A DNA stretch of 64,000 nt from assembly GCA_963755125.1 (NCBI GenBank), contig CAVWIP010000008.1, positions 437,557-501,556 on the forward strand. Reading direction: 5' to 3'. Within the stretch, counting starts at the first letter, position 1. Each line of letters begins with the position of its first letter. The notes beneath the pieces are model-generated. The model was not told where the DNA came from. It saw nothing but the letters and a program-made list of their open reading frames with translations, and searched no databases. The position numbers were made by a program, and so were the translations under genes. The DNA comes from an uncultured delta proteobacterium (GTDB lineage Bacteria; Myxococcota_A; Polyangia; Fen-1088). Positions 10,311 through 19,444 of this stretch are shown piece by piece.

Positions 10311-11069
10311 CTATGGCTTCGTGAGAGGAGCCGGCCGAGGGGCGGATCCTGCGGGGGCAGGTGGTGCATGGGCCACAATGTCCAGAAGCTCAACGTCGAA
10401 GATCAGGGTGGCTCCGGCCGGAATGTTGGTCCCGCTACCCCTGTCGCCATAGCCCATGTCGGGAGGACAGGTGAACTGAGCCTTTTCTCCGACCTTCATC
10501 CTTGGGATCCCTTCAGTCCAGCAGCGCACGACACGCTGAAGGAAGAACTCTGCAGGTTGATTCTTCTTGTACGAGCTATCGAAGACAGTCCCGTCGATGA
10601 GATGCCCTTCGTAGTTCACCTTCACCGTGTCGGTAGCGACTGGGCTGGCGCCCGTGCCCGAACGCACGGTTCTGAACACCACCCCAGACGGCAACACCGT
10701 GGCTCCCGACTCGTTCGCAGCCTTGGCGAGGAAATTCTTTCCCTTTTCCTTTTCAGCGTCGATTCGGACCTGCTTCCGCTGCTGCACCATTTCGCGGATC
10801 TTGGGACGCGTCTTGTCGAAGTCGATCTTGGACGGGCGCTTGGTCACGGCATCGGTAAGCCCTGCTTTGACCATTTCCAGCTCAGATGGTGACAACGAGA
10901 ACACATCAACGCTCTTACCAATGTCCATCCCCAGGGCGTAGAAGACCTTCTCGTTCTCCGTCTTCGGCGCACTGGAGGAGATCACACTGCAAAGGCGGTG
11001 GCACCCGACAGATGCTAGGGAGCCCAGTAGAAAGGCTGGAAGTAGACCCATTCTCGCTATGTTCAGCAT
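10311..11069 (-). CDS. FKBP-type peptidyl-prolyl isomerase (FkpA/Mip-like)
   Basis: YALGMDIG, VNYEGHLIDGTVFDSS, IPAGATLIFDVELL; likely start well downstream of the ORF-track start. Confidence 0.92.
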   Translation of the reverse strand: MLNIARMGLLPAFLLGSLASVGCHRLCSVISSSAPKTENEKVFYALGMDIGKSVDVFSLSPSELEMVKAGLTDAVTKRPSKIDFDKTRPKIREMVQQRKQVRIDAEKEKGKNFLAKAANESGATVLPSGVVFRTVRSGTGASPVATDTVKVNYEGHLIDGTVFDSSYKKNQPAEFFLQRVVRCWTEGIPRMKVGEKAQFTCPPDMGYGDRGSGTNIPAGATLIFDVELLDIVAHAPPAPAGSAPRPAPLTKP

Positions 11070-11388
11070 GCCGCGTAGTAACACGTTCCACGCCTGCAAT
11101 CCAGCGCGCTGATCCCAGATCCGTGCAGAGATCTGAGCAGTGGACCTGTGAGTGTACATGGGGTAGCAGCGCATCCCTGCCGGCCAGGTCCTCCGCCAAG
11201 GTGTCCTCGGCACCGATGCTCGCCGCCTCGCGGTCAGGTACCACGGGGCGCGGATCGATTCCACACGCCAGTTCCCAGATGTCTCGCCCACCGGAGAGGC
11301 ACGCGGAGAAAGCCTTACGCACGCGAACATTCGTTGGTAGGATCTCGTCGCAAACGCACCGGGGAAGGAGCTGCCTCTGTTTCGCGAA

Positions 11389-12957
11389 ATGAGCAAATAC
11401 TGGAGCCTCGCTTTTAGCCTGAGGAGGTTTCTGAATGAGCCGCTCACAACGCAGCGTTGCCTGGAGATCTTCAGGCAGAACATGCAGAGCAGAGAGCGGA
11501 ACCTTCTCGCTCTCGTCAAGCAGGCTATCTACGCGAACGAGGGCAGCCCCTATCTCAAGCTGCTCAGGTTGACCGGCTGCGAGTACGGCGATTTCGAGAA
11601 GATGGTCCGTTCAGACGGCATTGAGCCATCATTGGTGAAGCTCTGTAAGGAGGGCGTCTACGTCAGTATCGAGGAAATCAAAGGAAAGAAGCAACTCGTC
11701 CGCGGCTCGCAGGCTTTCGAGGTCAGAGAGAGCGATTTCGACAACCCTTTGATCTCCGGACAAATCGAGGCGAACAGCGGCGCCAGCCGCAGCACTGGGA
11801 CTCGGGTGAGCTACGATCTGGATTTCATCACCGAGACATGGGCGGTCCATTTCCGGCTCAGCCACGAAGCCTATGGCGTCGCAGATGACCCCGTCGCTCT
11901 TTGGTACCCCATAATGCCCGGGGCGGGGCCCATGGCCTTGCTCGCCTATCACAAGGCGGGCAAGACCCCGCTGAAATGGTTCTCCCCCGTCGAGAAAAAG
12001 GGCTTCAGGCCATCCCTGAGGAACAGAATGGGGACCAGCTATCTCGTCTACATGGGCCGGCTTCTCGGGGCAAAATGGCCGGGCCCTGATTATGTCCCTC
12101 TTGCGGATGCCTGGCGAGTCGCACAGTGGATTTCCGAGGGCATCAGGGCGAAGCGAGTGTGCCGCTTCGTCACCTATGTCAGTGCAGCTGTGAGAATCTG
12201 CCAGGCAGCCAAAGAGAGAGGCTTGGACCTTGCCGGAACGAAGTTTGTCGTGTCTGGGGAGCCCGTCACCGAGGTCAAGCGAAAGGAGATTCAGTCGCTG
12301 GGAGCCGAGGTTTACCCCGTCTATGCTTTGATGGAGGCAGGAATAGTGGGTGGTGCCTGTTGCGCGCCGGTGACAGCGGATGAGGTTCACTTTTTCAAGG
12401 ACTCCTTGGCCCTGATTCAGCACCCGAGGGAGGTTCCCCACGCCTGTGTATCGGTTGACGCCTTTCTCCTGACGACCCTGTGTCGGTCCACGCCCAAGAT
12501 CCTCCTCAATGTGGAAACTGGTGACTATGGAGTCGTCGAAAAGCGAGACTGCGGCTGCAAGTTCGGACAGTTGGGCCTGACCGACCATATCCGAAGTATC
12601 AGAGGTTTCGACAAGATGACGGGGGAGGGGATGACGTTCATCGGAACTGATCTGGTCAGAATTCTCGAAGAAGTGTTGCCGACCAGGTTCGGTGGGGCCT
12701 CGACCGACTACCAAGTCGTGGAGGAGGAGGATGAGCGGGGCCATACCCGCATGAGCGTGGTCGTCAGTCCGGCGGTGGGAGATGTCGATGAACGTGCTCT
12801 CGTTCAAATCGTTCTTGCCGAGTTGTCCAAGGGGAGAGATGCGCGACGGATGATGGCTCATATGTGGTCCCAGGCAAAGACCCTGCGGGTCAAGCGGGCG
12901 ACGCCGTTCACCACAGCCCGAGGGAAACTCCTCCCACTACATATCCAGAAGACATAG
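11389..12957 (+). CDS. Phenylacetate-CoA-ligase-like (ANL superfamily) protein
   Basis: NSGASRSTG loop, VVSGEP, YALMEAG, NVETGDYG, CGC, KMTGEG. Confidence 0.65.
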   Translation: MSKYWSLAFSLRRFLNEPLTTQRCLEIFRQNMQSRERNLLALVKQAIYANEGSPYLKLLRLTGCEYGDFEKMVRSDGIEPSLVKLCKEGVYVSIEEIKGKKQLVRGSQAFEVRESDFDNPLISGQIEANSGASRSTGTRVSYDLDFITETWAVHFRLSHEAYGVADDPVALWYPIMPGAGPMALLAYHKAGKTPLKWFSPVEKKGFRPSLRNRMGTSYLVYMGRLLGAKWPGPDYVPLADAWRVAQWISEGIRAKRVCRFVTYVSAAVRICQAAKERGLDLAGTKFVVSGEPVTEVKRKEIQSLGAEVYPVYALMEAGIVGGACCAPVTADEVHFFKDSLALIQHPREVPHACVSVDAFLLTTLCRSTPKILLNVETGDYGVVEKRDCGCKFGQLGLTDHIRSIRGFDKMTGEGMTFIGTDLVRILEEVLPTRFGGASTDYQVVEEEDERGHTRMSVVVSPAVGDVDERALVQIVLAELSKGRDARRMMAHMWSQAKTLRVKRATPFTTARGKLLPLHIQKT

Positions 12958-13016
12958 ATGAGGTTGGACTATTCCGCGACCGAGAACCCACGACCGCAGC
13001 CTGGTGCCGAAGCCAC

Positions 13017-13064
13017 GTTTTGCCACAATGAGGAACGCACGCAGCCGAATGAGGGACGTTCCTC
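13017..13064. repeat. REP-like palindromic unit (copy of 15587-15634)
   Basis: GTTTTGCCACAATGAGGAACGCACGCAGCCGAATGAGGGACGTTCCTC. Confidence 0.8.
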
Positions 13065-13071
13065 GTAGGCG

Positions 13072-13584
13072 TCAGCCTGCGGCTTTCCAGTCTTCACCTT
13101 GCAGCTTCACCTTGATGTGACTCGGCTTCGCGGTTGAGCCCAGCCGCGCGAATAGACCGAGATCGGGCCGAGCCCGCCAATCCTGCAACAACACCAGGGT
13201 GCGCAGCAGACGATCCGGTACTTGTCCAATCGGTTCCCGGCCGGTCTCCCAGCGCGAGACTGAGGTCTTGGATACGCCGAGATGCCGGGCCATCTGCTCA
13301 CCCGTCATGTCGAGATGATGGCGCAAGAAGGCCACTTCCGAGGCTGCCAGACGGCTCGCCTTCCTGACCACTGCTTCTGCGACCGCGCGATGCAGACGGG
13401 CTGGAGCGTGAATCGCTACGCTCTCGGCGCCGCAAACCGGACAACCCATCACTGTCGCGTTCTCCAGCGTGACGGACAGGCCACCTTCGAATCGGTAGCG
13501 ATAGGGGCGCCGCTCGGTTCGCAAGTGTGCTCCGCACTCCAGGCAGGACATCGCGCCGCCTTGCGCTTTCTCTTTGGTCTTCAT
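13072..13584 (-). CDS. MqsA/YgiT-type zinc-finger HTH antitoxin
   Basis: CLEC...CPVCG plus HTH (MTGEQMARHLGVSKTSVSRWETG). Confidence 0.9.
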   Translation of the reverse strand: MKTKEKAQGGAMSCLECGAHLRTERRPYRYRFEGGLSVTLENATVMGCPVCGAESVAIHAPARLHRAVAEAVVRKASRLAASEVAFLRHHLDMTGEQMARHLGVSKTSVSRWETGREPIGQVPDRLLRTLVLLQDWRARPDLGLFARLGSTAKPSHIKVKLQGEDWKAAG

Positions 13585-13597
13585 GGTGACGTCCCTT

Positions 13598-13885
13598 TCA
13601 TTTTGTCCGCCACGCCGTAACTACGACCGTCCACGTTTCGGTGCGCAACGTGACCACCACATACGTCTTGGACCGCCGCACCCGATACCGCCAGGAGCCT
13701 CGTTCGAACTCTCCCGGCTCAACAACGCCACCCTGAAGTACTCCCATCACTTCGCCCTCGGTGATGTTGTCCTTCGCCATCTCTTGGCGGGCGTGTGCCG
13801 ATAATTCAACTGTTCCATCCTCCAACATCGCAACAAGCAGCGACTTGACCTTCGCAGGCTGGAGAGGTTCCTGCATTTCACGCAC
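13598..13885 (-). CDS. DUF4258-like toxin
   Basis: LSAHARQEM...VVVTAW; immediately upstream of the MqsA-like gene. Confidence 0.85.
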   Translation of the reverse strand: MREMQEPLQPAKVKSLLVAMLEDGTVELSAHARQEMAKDNITEGEVMGVLQGGVVEPGEFERGSWRYRVRRSKTYVVVTLRTETWTVVVTAWRTK

Positions 13886-13887
13886 AT

Positions 13888-13914
13888 GTTGCCACCAGTA
13901 TACATAATGTCAAC
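13888..13914 (-). promoter_or_regulatory. TA promoter/operator
   Basis: Perfect TTGACA -35 (13908-13913, minus strand) within the inverted repeat GTTGCCA...TGTCAAC. Confidence 0.6.
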
Positions 13915-13998
13915 CACAAACCGCCTGACTCGCCCTGCGACCTGGATTCGATCGGCTTGTTCGTCGGGGGACCGCCGTCCTGTCTAGAGCTTGTCTTG

Positions 13999-14126
13999 CC
14001 GTTTCGGCTACCATGGCCATCCGTGGAGGACTTCATTGATTGCGCAGCCCTGCGGTAGTCAGTACGGAGACCGGCGAGCACAGGCACGATGACAATGGTC
14101 AGGTCGTGATGGTGAATGCCAGACGG
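13999..14126 (-). mobile_element. Degenerate duplicate of the rve-element 3' end
   Basis: PSGIHHHDLT..VPVLAGLRTDYRRAA plus the end motif CGGATGGCCATGGTAGCC; tandem with 14127-14580. Confidence 0.75.
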
Positions 14127-14167
14127 TCGTGGTGGCTACCTTGCTCGTCCGTCGAGAACTTCATTGA

Positions 14168-14580
14168 TTACGCGGCCCTCCGGTAGTCAGCATGCAGACC
14201 GCCGAGCACAGATCTGATGACAATCGGCTTGCTCAGGTCGTGATGCTGAATGCCAGACGGCACGCGCTGTCCGATCCCCTGATGGGGTCGAGCCTCATTG
14301 AAGTGGACCTTGTACTCGCGAACCAGTGAATCCAGGTGCCGGTCGCCGAGCAGGATGACGTGGTCGAGCATCTCACGCCTGCCACTGCCCACAAATCTCT
14401 CTGCGATCGCGTTCATGTTGGGGGCTCGCACTGCGATCTTGATCACCTTCGTCCCGGCGCCCTTCGCCACACGGTCGAACGCGGAGCCGAACTTGTCGTC
14501 ACGGTCGCGCAGGAGGAAACGCGGAGCATCGCCATCCATGGTCGCATTCCGCAGTTGTTGTGCCGTCCACTCCTGCGTGT
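14168..14580 (-). pseudogene. rve integrase-core transposase, 5' truncated
   Basis: RFLLRDRDDKF, APNMNAIAERFVGS, RPHQGIGQ, VLGGLHADYRRAA. Confidence 0.85.
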
Positions 14581-14979
14581 GGAAACGATCTTCGAAAAGC
14601 GCGGCGGATCGATCTCAAGGAGCGCGGGCAATCTACGAGAGCGCGGCATCTGAGACGCGCAAGCATAAGAGACTCCTTCAGAATCGGTCGAGCATACAGT
14701 TTCTCTTGACGGCCGACATCCGGCCTGCTTTGCGGGCAGCCCTGCTGCCCGCCACAGCCAGCCCTTCAAGCCGCAGCCGAGAACCCGTCACCCGAAGGGC
14801 CGGAGCGTAGCGGAGGAGGCGCGAAAGCGCCTTGACGGGCTCGCAGGCGGAGGCTACATGTCTGCGCTCTGGTCCAAACAAGCGTCCGACCGCATTCTAT
14901 TCTGGATGCCGCTTTCGACCCCTGTCCAGGACGCCAAACGATCGCGCAAACCGCGATCCATCCGCCGCGCTTTTGGGAG

Positions 14980-15112
14980 ATCGTCTCCAGCGATGACCCG
15001 GAACGCCACGTCCTCCCACGTCTTCTTTTCGATATTCCGGGATGACGCCACACCTACGCAGTACCCGTACACGAGCAAGCTGGTCATCATGACCGGGTGA
15101 TAGGGCTGCTCC
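14980..15112 (-). pseudogene. IS1182-family transposase fragment (DUF772)
   Basis: [40 protein letters not shown]. Confidence 0.8.
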
Positions 15113-15470
15113 CGTCCTGCGCGTGTGCCAGGAGTACGTGGAGTTCTACAATCGTGCGCGGCCATCACAGGCGTTGCATGCGATACCGGAGCCGTACCCG
15201 GAGCTGATCACACCGCCACGAAGGAGCGGCGATCTGATCGCGCTGCCCGTGCTTGGCGGAGTACAGCACGACTACCGCCTGGCGGCGTGAACGACCCAGC
15301 TGGGCAGTGCCTGATGGGCGCGCCTGCTGGGCGGACAAGTCCGCGCGACGTGCCGAAGCGTCTTGATCCGTTCCGGCCAGAGCGCAACTGGGGTCATCGG
15401 CACCGCCCTGGCCGGCGAGGTCACCATTGCTCGTCTGTCCCTTTCGGGCGCGGCATCGGGTTCTCGCGGA
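15113..15470 (+). repeat. 358-bp direct repeat, copy 2
   Basis: Matches 3565-3922. Confidence 0.92.
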
Positions 15471-15475
15471 TCACG

Positions 15476-15637
15476 CAGGAGCGGACAGGAGCGGACAGGA
15501 GCGGACAAATTTCGTTCCTCATTCGTTCCTCATTCGGGCGAATGAGGGACGTTCCTCATTCGGGCCGAGAGAGGCCGTTTTATGGCGTTTTGCCACAATG
15601 AGGGACGCGCGCAGCCGCATGAGGGACGTTCCTCATT
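15476..15637. repeat. Cluster of short repeats and REP-like palindromes
   Basis: CAGGAGCGGA x3, CGTTCCTCATT x2, palindrome AATGAGGGACGTTCCTCATT at 15541-15560 and a near copy ending at 15637. Confidence 0.85.
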
Positions 15638-15694
15638 ACCTCCCGCAGGCACCTGACTCTGTGGACATCACTTGTGGTGACAACACCAGCAAGG

Positions 15695-16162
15695 TCAGGC
15701 AGCGCCCGACGAGGGCATTTTGTAGTTCTGCCTGTTCGCGGCGAGACCTTTGGACTTCGTTGCCTTGGTGCTGCGCCCGAGGAGTGGAGGACGCCCTTTC
15801 AGCAGCCGCCGCGTGGGCGCAAGACTTCCTGCCGAAATGGGGGACTCCCACTTCCTGATGAGAGCCGCGAGTTCTCGGGACGCCGATGGTCGAGAGGCAA
15901 AGATCGCCTTCATCTGCAAGTCGAGTGAGACTTCAGGGTCGTGGCTTTCGATCTTGGCTACACGTGGCTGACTCGATCCGATCCTTCTCGCCAGGTCGGC
16001 CTGTGAAAGATGGCTTCGCTTGCGCAAAGCGCGAACCAGTCCGCCGAGACGGAGCTTCGTTTCGATGAGGTCTTCTTCGGCAGGGGTAAGCTCGAAAAAT
16101 TCGCCGACAGTGCCGACCTTCCAACCGGCGCGTTGGAATCGTTCTCGTTGAGCTTTGTTCAT
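15695..16162 (-). CDS. XRE-HTH antitoxin
   Basis: MNKAQRERFQRAGWKVGTVGEF...LSQADLARRIGSSQPRVAKIE; ATGA overlap with the upstream toxin. Confidence 0.88.
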   Translation of the reverse strand: MNKAQRERFQRAGWKVGTVGEFFELTPAEEDLIETKLRLGGLVRALRKRSHLSQADLARRIGSSQPRVAKIESHDPEVSLDLQMKAIFASRPSASRELAALIRKWESPISAGSLAPTRRLLKGRPPLLGRSTKATKSKGLAANRQNYKMPSSGAA

Positions 16163-16548
16163 AGTGCGTCTTCCTTCTTGAAAGCGGCGTAGCGTCGTCG
16201 GCAGTTCGTTATCGTGTCTTTCGGCGTTGACTTCGTCTTCTTTTCAAAAACTTCAAGGACGCCGATCGCAAGCCTGCCGATACAGTAAACCACTCTCCAT
16301 TCGATTCGATGTTCTACGTCTGTGATGCGAAGCTCGTGTCAACCTTGTCCGATGCTGGGCATCGGGCGAGATTCAGGCATCGAAAGTTTCTCGCCTTCCT
16401 GGGTACGACGGAGAAGAAACCCCGCCTCAATTCTGGCTTCTCGCGACATGGGCGGGGTTTTGAGTTCGCCGTGCAACCACACCAGCGGTTTGCTCGGGTT
16501 TTCGAGTAGGGCACGCCCGGCGGGGTTTCGCGGATTCCTCACCATAGA
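16159..16548 (-). pseudogene. RelE/Gp49-like toxin with in-frame TGA at 16339-16341
   Basis: KPLVWLHGELKTPPMS...PSIGQG*HELRI...WRVVY...LEVFEKKTKSTP continues in the same frame to the antitoxin ATG. Confidence 0.85.
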
Positions 16549-16577
16549 ATGATATGCCGAATTCGGCATACTCGCAA
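16547..16577 (-). promoter_or_regulatory. Sigma-70 promoter with a palindromic operator in the spacer
   Basis: TTGCGA-17 bp-TATCAT; perfect 18-bp palindrome TATGCCGAATTCGGCATA at 16553-16570. Confidence 0.75.
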
Positions 16578-16996
16578 GAAGGTTCTACTCTTTGTCCTTC
16601 GCCAGGCGCGTCCTGGCTAGCTCTCGCAATCCAACCTGTGCGGAGGGCTGGCCTTCTCGGTCAGCCCTCAGTGCAGGACGTATAATTGCCGCGACGAGTA
16701 TCCGAATCCCCATTAAATCGCCATTTCCTCCGACCCCACTCGTCACGGCTATGATAAGGGGAACGAACTGGGAGAAACGGGTCACAGGTCATGAACCCGC
16801 CTCTGGTGAGCGCAGGAAACGCCCGGGAGTCCTGTCTGCTTGCAATGCTCTCGTGTCTGCGCCCAAGATCGGTGATAGTCCTTGGGCATGTGGGGACCAA
16901 TGGCATTCTTGCTGTGGGCCGGGTTGGTCACGGTGTTGCCGATGGGTACGCCCTGCCGACGAGATCCACGAACCGAAAGCGGTCTGTGATTCACAC

Positions 16997-17320
16997 ATGC
17001 TTTTCTCCACCAGCGTAGAAAACGGTGCGGCGGTTCTTCGCATCGAGGGCGAACTCGATGCGGGCTCGCTTTCCGACCTCAGGTCGGCCCTTAGTGGAAT
17101 CTCCGAAGGACAGCCTCCGCCTCCCCGGGTGGTCGTCGACCTGTCAGCCCTTCGTCTCATCGACAGCTCCGGCGTCGGTGCCATAGTTTCCCTGTACAAG
17201 GCTGTCCATGCTTACGGGGGCAGCCTGGCCATCACGGGTGCTCAAGGGCAGCCGCTGGCCATCCTCCGTCTCCTGCGCCTGGACCGCCTTCTATCCGATC
17301 TCGCGCCGTGGCCCCGCTAA
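16997..17320 (+). CDS. STAS-domain anti-sigma factor antagonist
   Basis: IEGELDAGS, VVVDLSALRLIDSSGVGAIV. Confidence 0.9.
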   Translation: MLFSTSVENGAAVLRIEGELDAGSLSDLRSALSGISEGQPPPPRVVVDLSALRLIDSSGVGAIVSLYKAVHAYGGSLAITGAQGQPLAILRLLRLDRLLSDLAPWPR

Positions 17321-17529
17321 TTGTGCAAGCTATACGCCAGCGCAAGAAGAGAGGGGACATCTGGCGTGGCAGGATGACCGCAGTTAGCCACGAATTGAGG
17401 CTGGACCGCCCCAATCTCGCCAAAGCCCGAGCGAGAGCGCCGAGGATCTCCTGCTCGATGAAGTAGCGGTTGCGAGTGCCGTGCCTTCGTGTGTGCTGCC
17501 AAATGCGCTCGCCCGGATTGAACTCGGGT

Positions 17530-17936
17530 GAGTTGTCCAATCCCTCCCGATCGCGGGTGAATGACACCGCCAGACGACCCTTGAGGCGCGTCAGCTTGAC
17601 AATGTAGATGCTGTCGAAGTCGTCATCCCCCCACTCCGGCACCGCCGACGGATCGCCGCCGCCTTGCACGACCAGCCGCTTCACCACTTGGGCCAGCAGC
17701 GCATGTTCCCAGGCGACGAAGACCAGCGCGTCTTGGTACCTCGCCTGCGTCAGCTCGTGTTGCAGCCTCTTGATTTCCCGAAATCCGAACTGCGTATTCA
17801 CCGGGAGGCCGAGTTGAATTGCCATCGGCTCGATGGTGGCCAAGGGTCGGATGTAGTCGTAGAGCTGGCCCTTGTCGTTGACTTGTTGCTGCGGGTTGGG
17901 TGCGAAGATGAAAGCTGGTTTTCCGAACTTGGCCAT
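17530..17936 (-). pseudogene. Histidine-phosphatase-like protein fragment
   Basis: IFAPNP, RPLATIEP, VAWEH, WGDDDFDSIY; no N-terminal RHG motif and no native end. Confidence 0.65.
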
Positions 17937-18029
17937 CAGGACACCGGAGGCTGGAAGTTTCTGAAGCTGGTGGCATAGAAGTCATACACAACAGAGGTCG
18001 GCGGGTCGTGCCGACTGGGAGCGCATAAC

Positions 18030-18977
18030 ATGAGGGCACTGCACATCAAGGCATACGGCGGTCCTGAGGTGATGCAGATAGGTGAACTCCCTGAACCCGA
18101 GCCCAAGCGGGGCGAGGTGCTAGTTGCCATCGCGGCGGCCTCGGTCAACCCCGTCGATTGGAAGGTACGTGTAGGCGAGTTGAAGCTCATCACGGGCCGC
18201 ACGTTCCCGAAGACCCTTGGCTCGGACTTTGCGGGCGTGGTCGAACGGGTCGGCGCTGGCGTGGCGGTCCCGTCGGTAGGCAACCGTGTCTACGGAATCA
18301 CACCTATGATGATGCGCAAGCCGGGTGCCCACGCCGAGCGATTGGTGGTGGCGCGCAAACGCCTACGACGCATGCCCGACGGCCTGTCCTTCGAGCAGGC
18401 CGCGGCACTGCCGGTCGCCGGGCTCACTGCGCTCAATGGACTTCGCCAATGCGGCGATCTGCATGGCAAGACAGTGCTCATCAACGGCGGCACCGGGGGT
18501 GTGGGACATTTCGCTGTGCAGATCGCCAAGGCCCGTGGCGCGACAGTGACCGCGGTGTGCCGCGAACGCAACGCCGGGCGGGCACGTTCTCTCGGCGCTG
18601 ATGTGGTCATCGATTACCGCAAGCAGGACTTCACGGACAGCAGCGTCCGCTACGATGTCGTGTTTGACGCCTTCGGCCACCTGAAATACCCAGCGGTAGC
18701 CCGCGTGCTCACGGACCGCGGTGTCCTGGTGACGACGCTCCCGGCTCCCTCTCTCATCGCGCGAGCGGTCTGGCAAAGGGTTGTCGGCGACAAGCACATC
18801 GTGCTTGGCAACCTGCGCGACCGTCCCGAGGACTACGCCGAATTGGAACGCCTGCTTGCTGACGGGTCCGTCAAACCAGTGATCGACAAAATCGTCCCGC
18901 TGGCCGAGGCCGCCCAAGCCTACGCAGCCCTCGAAGCCGGCGGCACCGTCGGCAAGGTAATCATCCGCATCGCCTGA
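18030..18977 (+). CDS. NAD(P)-dependent oxidoreductase, MDR/quinone oxidoreductase family
   Basis: YGGPEV, ASVNPVDWK, GSDFAG, GGTGGVGHFAVQIAK, GKVII. Confidence 0.93.
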   Translation: MRALHIKAYGGPEVMQIGELPEPEPKRGEVLVAIAAASVNPVDWKVRVGELKLITGRTFPKTLGSDFAGVVERVGAGVAVPSVGNRVYGITPMMMRKPGAHAERLVVARKRLRRMPDGLSFEQAAALPVAGLTALNGLRQCGDLHGKTVLINGGTGGVGHFAVQIAKARGATVTAVCRERNAGRARSLGADVVIDYRKQDFTDSSVRYDVVFDAFGHLKYPAVARVLTDRGVLVTTLPAPSLIARAVWQRVVGDKHIVLGNLRDRPEDYAELERLLADGSVKPVIDKIVPLAEAAQAYAALEAGGTVGKVIIRIA

Positions 18978-19444
18978 CCCAGCATCACCATCACCTTTAC
19001 CTTCGCCGGCGTCTTTCGTCATCCTGGTGCAACAGTACCCGAGAAACGATGGGATTCGAGGCAAGGCATAACTGGGCCGACACCCAACCGGGTGGTGCTG
19101 TTGCGGCCTACAGGCATTCCACCTGAGCAGAGACCCGCTCTCAACCAGACCCTGGGCAACGGCTTCGTGGTGAATCCGGCCGTGAACAGCGACTAACATT
19201 GAGCGTCTTCCGGCCGACCGGGTGTTCAACAGGTGAACACCAACCAGACCGTCGTCGGTCCGGTCGGCAGCTGCAACGATTGCCCCTTCCTGGCATCCCA
19301 ATAACAGCCATGCGATCGGACATCGACGCGGGACGCAACAGTGGTTCTCGCGGACGGAAGCAGTCAGATCGGCCGCACCTTGGTAGATTGGCTTGGTGTA
19401 GGACGCAGGGCGTCGCGGGGTTCCGTTTCAGTATAGAGGTACCA

